From positions 822,325 through 886,324 of the forward strand of contig CAXXHW010000006.1 of NCBI GenBank assembly GCA_963666265.2: 64,000 bases of DNA, given 5' to 3'. The DNA is from Dehalococcoidia bacterium. GTDB taxonomy: Bacteria > Chloroflexota > Dehalococcoidia > SHYB01. This document shows positions 60,359 through 64,000 of the stretch, one piece after another (positions within the stretch are counted from its first letter, which is position 1; each line of letters starts with the position of its first letter). The notes under the pieces were generated by a model. It saw only the letters and a list, made by a program, of their open reading frames with translations. It searched no databases and was not told the DNA's origin. The translations under genes were made by a program, and so were the position numbers.

Positions 60359-60877
60359 ATGGCCAATAAACAAATACTTGGACTTTTCGGCGATGCGGAA
60401 AGGGCGGCCCTGGCTACGGACCGTTTGCAAGATGCAGGCTTTGACAACAAGAGCTATCAGGTTTTGACCGGGAGCCCGTATCCTGAAGGCGCTTTCGGCG
60501 AAGAGCTGCCCAAACACCGGCTCTACGCCTGGCCCTTCATCGGGGCGGCCTGCGGCTTGGCCGTGGCGATCCTGATCACCGCGGGTACCCAGATCTCCTA
60601 CCCCGTGGTTACCGGCGGCAAACCCATCCTGGCGATCCCGCCAATAGCCATCATCTCCTATGAAGGGACGATGCTCGGGGCCATCCTGTTCACGATCTTG
60701 GGCATCTTGTTCGAGTCCCGGCTTCCTCGGCCTTTCCTGGGCCTCTACGATACCCGAATCACCGAGGGGTATATCGGTATCGCACTGACCTGTCCTGAGG
60801 AGCGATTGGCGGCAGCCGACCTGGCGTTCCGGCAGTCGGGCGCCGAGGATGTCAAGCACGAAGGGCAGCCTGAATAG
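60359..60877 (+). CDS. actD: ACIII ActD (DUF3341) subunit
   Basis: SPYP, YPVVTGGKP, two TM helices, YDTRI; follows actC. Confidence 0.85.
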   Translation: MANKQILGLFGDAERAALATDRLQDAGFDNKSYQVLTGSPYPEGAFGEELPKHRLYAWPFIGAACGLAVAILITAGTQISYPVVTGGKPILAIPPIAIISYEGTMLGAILFTILGILFESRLPRPFLGLYDTRITEGYIGIALTCPEERLAAADLAFRQSGAEDVKHEGQPE

Positions 60878-60886
60878 ACTCGGCTG

Positions 60887-61474
60887 ATGCCGGGTGGTAG
60901 TCAAACGATCATGATCCATGGTGGACTGAAAAAGACGAGGGGCGCGAACTGGCTTGCCAAGGGCCGGCTACTGGCATTCGCGGTCGTCCTGGGTCTTGTC
61001 GTGGCCGGCTGCACCAAGGGCACTTACCAGGTGGATATCTTCCCGGAGATGCACTACAACCAGTCGCTCAAGAGGCAGGAGCCGCCGCGGTTGGACCCAC
61101 CCGAGGGGGCGGTCCCCATCACCGGGCGTGAGGTGGCGCTGGACTTCGCCACGGCTATCGAAACCGCCAATCCTCTACCGGTAACGCAAGAAGTACTCGA
61201 GGGCGCCGCCGAGCTTTACCGGGTGAACTGCTCCATATGCCATGGTACGCAGGGGCTGGGGGATGGGACGGTTGGAGTGATGCTGGAGCGGGATGGTTAT
61301 GTCCGTCCTCCAGCACTGGTACGGGACGCGACGCAAAGCCAGCCTGACGGTCAGATCTTCTGGACCATCTCCAACGGCGTGGTGGTCATGCCTAGATTCG
61401 GCCCCTTGATCAGCGAGGATGGACGGTGGTCCCTCGTCCACTACCTTCGATATTTGGCGGAGCAACAGGGCTGA
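60887..61474 (+). CDS. actE: Monoheme cytochrome c lipoprotein (ActE)
   Basis: LVVAGC lipobox, PPEGAVP, NCSICHG..G.GDG, MP axial Met, RW..V.Y. Confidence 0.88.
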   Translation: MPGGSQTIMIHGGLKKTRGANWLAKGRLLAFAVVLGLVVAGCTKGTYQVDIFPEMHYNQSLKRQEPPRLDPPEGAVPITGREVALDFATAIETANPLPVTQEVLEGAAELYRVNCSICHGTQGLGDGTVGVMLERDGYVRPPALVRDATQSQPDGQIFWTISNGVVVMPRFGPLISEDGRWSLVHYLRYLAEQQG

Positions 61475-61488
61475 GGAGGCCGCAAGGG

Positions 61489-61725
61489 ATGACGAGCGAG
61501 ACGAGTAACCCGATGGCCGGAGCGATGAAGTCCCAGGGGGGGACTAACCGACGGCAGTTCTTGTTCAAGGCCGCTGTCGGTCTGGCAGCGGTCGCGGGTC
61601 TGGGCACCGTCTTGGGACGCCGCCTGCGGCGGAGCGCCGGTACCGTGGCTCCCCTCCAGCTTGAAGAAGGCTCTATCTTCATGCCCAGAGAAGACCAGCG
61701 GGACCGGGTGCTCGGCGGAAGGTAG
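61489..61725 (+). CDS. Small protein consisting mainly of a Tat-like signal and short tail
   Basis: NRRQFLFK + hydrophobic stretch, then ...EGSIFMPRED; start uncertain (61489/61513/61525). Confidence 0.6.
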   Translation: MTSETSNPMAGAMKSQGGTNRRQFLFKAAVGLAAVAGLGTVLGRRLRRSAGTVAPLQLEEGSIFMPREDQRDRVLGGR

Positions 61726-61782
61726 CCCCGTTCTCTTGAGGCCGACGAAGAGTAAAGTAGCAGCCCGACAGAACAAGTTCCC

Positions 61783-61810
61783 TTGACAAAAAACGACTTA
61801 CTGTTAGAAT
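61783..61810 (+). promoter_or_regulatory. Sigma70-type promoter for cysH-cysC
   Basis: TTGACA-16 nt-TAGAAT with extended -10 TG. Confidence 0.7.
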
Positions 61811-61820
61811 GTTGATGCTG

Positions 61821-61898
61821 ATGATAGAAAATTTTGATAGGCAGCCTCGTAAAGGCATATCGAAGCTGGCAGTACCCGTGACCTGCACCTGTAGCTAG
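61821..61898 (+). CDS. Candidate Cys-containing leader peptide MIENFDRQPRKGISKLAVPVTCTCS
   Basis: Short ORF (in-frame ATGs at 61815 and 61821) just after the promoter; TGC ACC TGT near its end; terminator immediately downstream. Confidence 0.55.
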   Translation: MIENFDRQPRKGISKLAVPVTCTCS

Positions 61899-61902
61899 GA
61901 AA

Positions 61903-61954
61903 AGACAGCCCCCCAGGAGAGCGATGTCGCTTCCCCGGAAGGCTGTCTCTTTTT
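61903..61954 (+). terminator. Intrinsic terminator/attenuator in the cysH leader
   Basis: AGACAGCC...GGCTGTCT outer stem with inner GAGCGA/TCGCTT stem, followed by CTTTTT. Confidence 0.7.
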
Positions 61955-61983
61955 GTGTCTGTTAAGAGGAAAAGGACGTAGGC

Positions 61984-62694
61984 GTGGCGATGAGGACACA
62001 CACCGGGTTCGGCGTGGAGGAACTTCAGAGGATTAGCGAGAGCTTCGAGGGCAAGCGCCCCGAAGAGGTACTGCGCTGGGCTTTCCAGACCTTTGGAAAT
62101 AAGGTGGGGTTGGCCAGCAGTTTCGGGGGCGCTTCCGGCGCCGTCATCTTGGACATGGCAGCCAAGATCACCTCAGACGTCAACGTCTTCTATCTGGACA
62201 CGGACTTCCTGTTCCCGGAGACCTACGAACTCATCAAGGAGAGCTCTCAACGCTACGGTATCACCCCCGTCGCGTACAAATCGGACCTGACGCCTGATGA
62301 GCAGAGCGCAAAGCACGGCGCCGCACTATGGAGTCGTGACCCGGACCTCTGCTGCGATCTCCGCAAGGTCCAGCCTAACCGGAAGGCCATGGCTGGACTG
62401 GACGCCTGGATCACCGGCATACGAAGAGACCAGAACCTTGGGCGCAAGGTCGTCGGTATCGTCGAATGGGACGAGAAGTTCGGCCTGGTCAAGGTGAACC
62501 CGGTGGCGCACTGGGGGAAGAAAGAGGTCTGGGATTACATCTTGGCCAACAACGTACCCTACAACGCCTTGCTGGACCAAGGATACAAAAGCATTGGATG
62601 CACATACTGCACCAGCCCTGTAGGGGGGGATGCGGATGATCGGGACGGCCGTTGGGTTGGGACCGACAAGACAGAGTGCGGGCTCCATACCTAA
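61984..62694 (+). CDS. cysH: APS/PAPS reductase (4Fe-4S-containing type)
   Basis: LDT.FLFPETY, CCDLRKV, WITGIRR.Q, GYKSIGCTYCT, ECGLH. Confidence 0.95.
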   Translation: MAMRTHTGFGVEELQRISESFEGKRPEEVLRWAFQTFGNKVGLASSFGGASGAVILDMAAKITSDVNVFYLDTDFLFPETYELIKESSQRYGITPVAYKSDLTPDEQSAKHGAALWSRDPDLCCDLRKVQPNRKAMAGLDAWITGIRRDQNLGRKVVGIVEWDEKFGLVKVNPVAHWGKKEVWDYILANNVPYNALLDQGYKSIGCTYCTSPVGGDADDRDGRWVGTDKTECGLHT

Positions 62695-62719
62695 GGCACA
62701 CTACGGAGGATGAACTACG

Positions 62720-63271
62720 GTGAGTAAGGGGTTTACGGTCTGGTTCACGGGCCTGTCTGGGGCAGGAAAAAGCACTCTGGCGGAGAGGCTGGGGCCGGCG
62801 CTGCAAGAACGCGGGCTCAACGTCGAGCTGCTGGACGGCGACGTCATCAGGACCAATCTCAGCAAGGGCCTCGGTTTTAGCAAAGAGGACAGGGACACCA
62901 ACATACGACGTATCGGCTTCGTTTGTGATCTGCTCACTCGCAATGGCGTTGTCGCCATCGCCTCGGCCATCTCTCCCTACCGGGATGTCAGAGACGAAGT
63001 GCGGAAAAGCATCGGTGACTTCGCCGAAATCTTCGTCAAGTGCCACATCGACGAGTTGGTGAAGCGGGACGTGAAAGGCCTTTACGAAAAGGCGTTACGC
63101 GGCGAGATCAAGAACTTCACGGGGGTCTCCGACCCTTACGAGGAGCCCCTGACTCCTGAGGTATTGGTGGAAAGCGACAAAGAGACCGTGGAAGAGAGCC
63201 TTGACAAGATTATTGCGCGGCTGGAAGAGCTGGGCTACCTGGCGCCAGCGGTCGTTCCGGCAACCCGCTAA
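62720..63271 (+). CDS. cysC: Adenylyl-sulfate kinase
   Basis: [44 protein letters not shown]. Confidence 0.96.
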   Translation: MSKGFTVWFTGLSGAGKSTLAERLGPALQERGLNVELLDGDVIRTNLSKGLGFSKEDRDTNIRRIGFVCDLLTRNGVVAIASAISPYRDVRDEVRKSIGDFAEIFVKCHIDELVKRDVKGLYEKALRGEIKNFTGVSDPYEEPLTPEVLVESDKETVEESLDKIIARLEELGYLAPAVVPATR

Positions 63272-63284
63272 CTCAAATAAAGTC

Positions 63285-63335
63285 AAAAAAGAGAGGGACC
63301 CGGATTTTAATACGCCTCCGGGTCCCTCTCTTTTT
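63285..63335. terminator. Bidirectional intrinsic terminator
   Basis: AAAAAAGAGAGGGACCCGGA...TCCGGGTCCCTCTCTTTTT between convergent genes. Confidence 0.9.
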
Positions 63336-63344
63336 GCCTCGTAG

Positions 63345-63830
63345 CTAGCCGCCGTAGTTGAGATTGTGGTCCCGCATGAGGATCGTCTGGTCCTCTCGCC
63401 GGACACCGGCTTCCAGCACCTCACCCACGAACAGGGTGTGGTCACCTTGCGCCACCTCGCCGACCACCTTGCACTCCCACCACGCCGGGGAGCTGAGTAG
63501 CAGGGCGCAGCCGGTCTCTTTCCCCGTCTCGTAACGCTCACCACCCACGCTGTTCTCCTCGGGCTCGTGGGACTTGAAAAAGTTGAAGGCCATGTCCTTC
63601 TGGTCTTTGCCGATCACGTTGAGAGCAAAGGTGCCCGTCTCTTTGATATGGGCATGAGAACCGGAGTCCGCCTTCACTCCAACCGCGATCAAAGGTGGCT
63701 GAAAGGAGGCCTGCGTGATCCAGTTGACCGTCGCGGCTCCTACCTGGGAGCCATCCTTACCCTTGCTGGTGAGGACAAACATGCCGTAAGGGATCATTCG
63801 CAGCGCCGTTTTCTTGGCTGCATCGTCCAT
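63345..63830 (-). CDS. Flavin reductase-like family protein
   Basis: LRMIPYG..VLT, QASFQPPL, FALNV, GDHTLFVGEV, YGG end. Confidence 0.9.
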   Translation of the reverse strand: MDDAAKKTALRMIPYGMFVLTSKGKDGSQVGAATVNWITQASFQPPLIAVGVKADSGSHAHIKETGTFALNVIGKDQKDMAFNFFKSHEPEENSVGGERYETGKETGCALLLSSPAWWECKVVGEVAQGDHTLFVGEVLEAGVRREDQTILMRDHNLNYGG

Positions 63831-63977
63831 GGGGTACCTCCTGGGATTGTTGCCGGCCCATTATATCCGAAACGCTCGGTCACGCCGGAATCGCGGGCGC
63901 GGGCGATGGATTGACCGAGCCGGGCCCCAAAGCCTAGACTGGGCTGCCTGCCACGTTCAAGGACAGAAAGGAGGCCC

Positions 63978-64000
63978 ATGTCCTGGATCGCCGGGGTCGA
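63978..64000 (+). CDS. Start of a CDS running off the window (MSWIAGV...)
   Basis: AAGGAGG RBS directly upstream of the ATG. Confidence 0.5.

Noticed and set aside
61830-61902. SAM riboswitch upstream of cysH (TGTAGCTA resembles a SAM-II 3' end)
   Set aside because: SAM-I (AUC.AGAG, GCAACC) and SAM-II (UGAUUU, UGCA P1) cores not found in the required arrangement; not formally excluded without cmscan

Overview
GC-rich bacterial chromosomal window. The gene content (F420-type luciferase-like oxidoreductase, paired CaiB CoA-transferases, crotonases, VOC proteins, alternative complex III) suggests Chloroflexota, probably Dehalococcoidia/SAR202; this is an inference. Housekeeping and catabolic genes: argB/argJ, EF-G2, etfAB, ruvB, a divergent clpB, suhB, a patA-pimA-pgsA-like lipid operon, ggt, xdhC/mocA, sulfite reductase, cimA, a MacAB-like exporter, an ACIII operon and cysH-cysC. 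Signals the ORF track misses: (1) two UGA-recoded selenoproteins, SelD (Sec18) and a UGSC-motif protein (Sec102, with a clean SECIS-like hairpin), the latter in an uncharacterised three-gene operon and resembling the GrdB/PrdB catalytic motif; (2) a candidate Cys-codon leader peptide (...TCTCS*) directly followed by an intrinsic terminator upstream of cysH-cysC, i.e. a possible cysteine-sensing attenuator; (3) a tRNA-Gly(CCC) islet bounded by a degenerate tRNA copy, with a B12-type radical SAM gene and IS1380 and integrase scars; (4) a rod-shaped 6S-like RNA candidate; (5) a Rex/CRP-like operator over the ACIII promoter. Several single-base frameshifts, mostly in short homopolymers, may be consensus errors. 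All calls come from manual motif recognition; no database searches were run.
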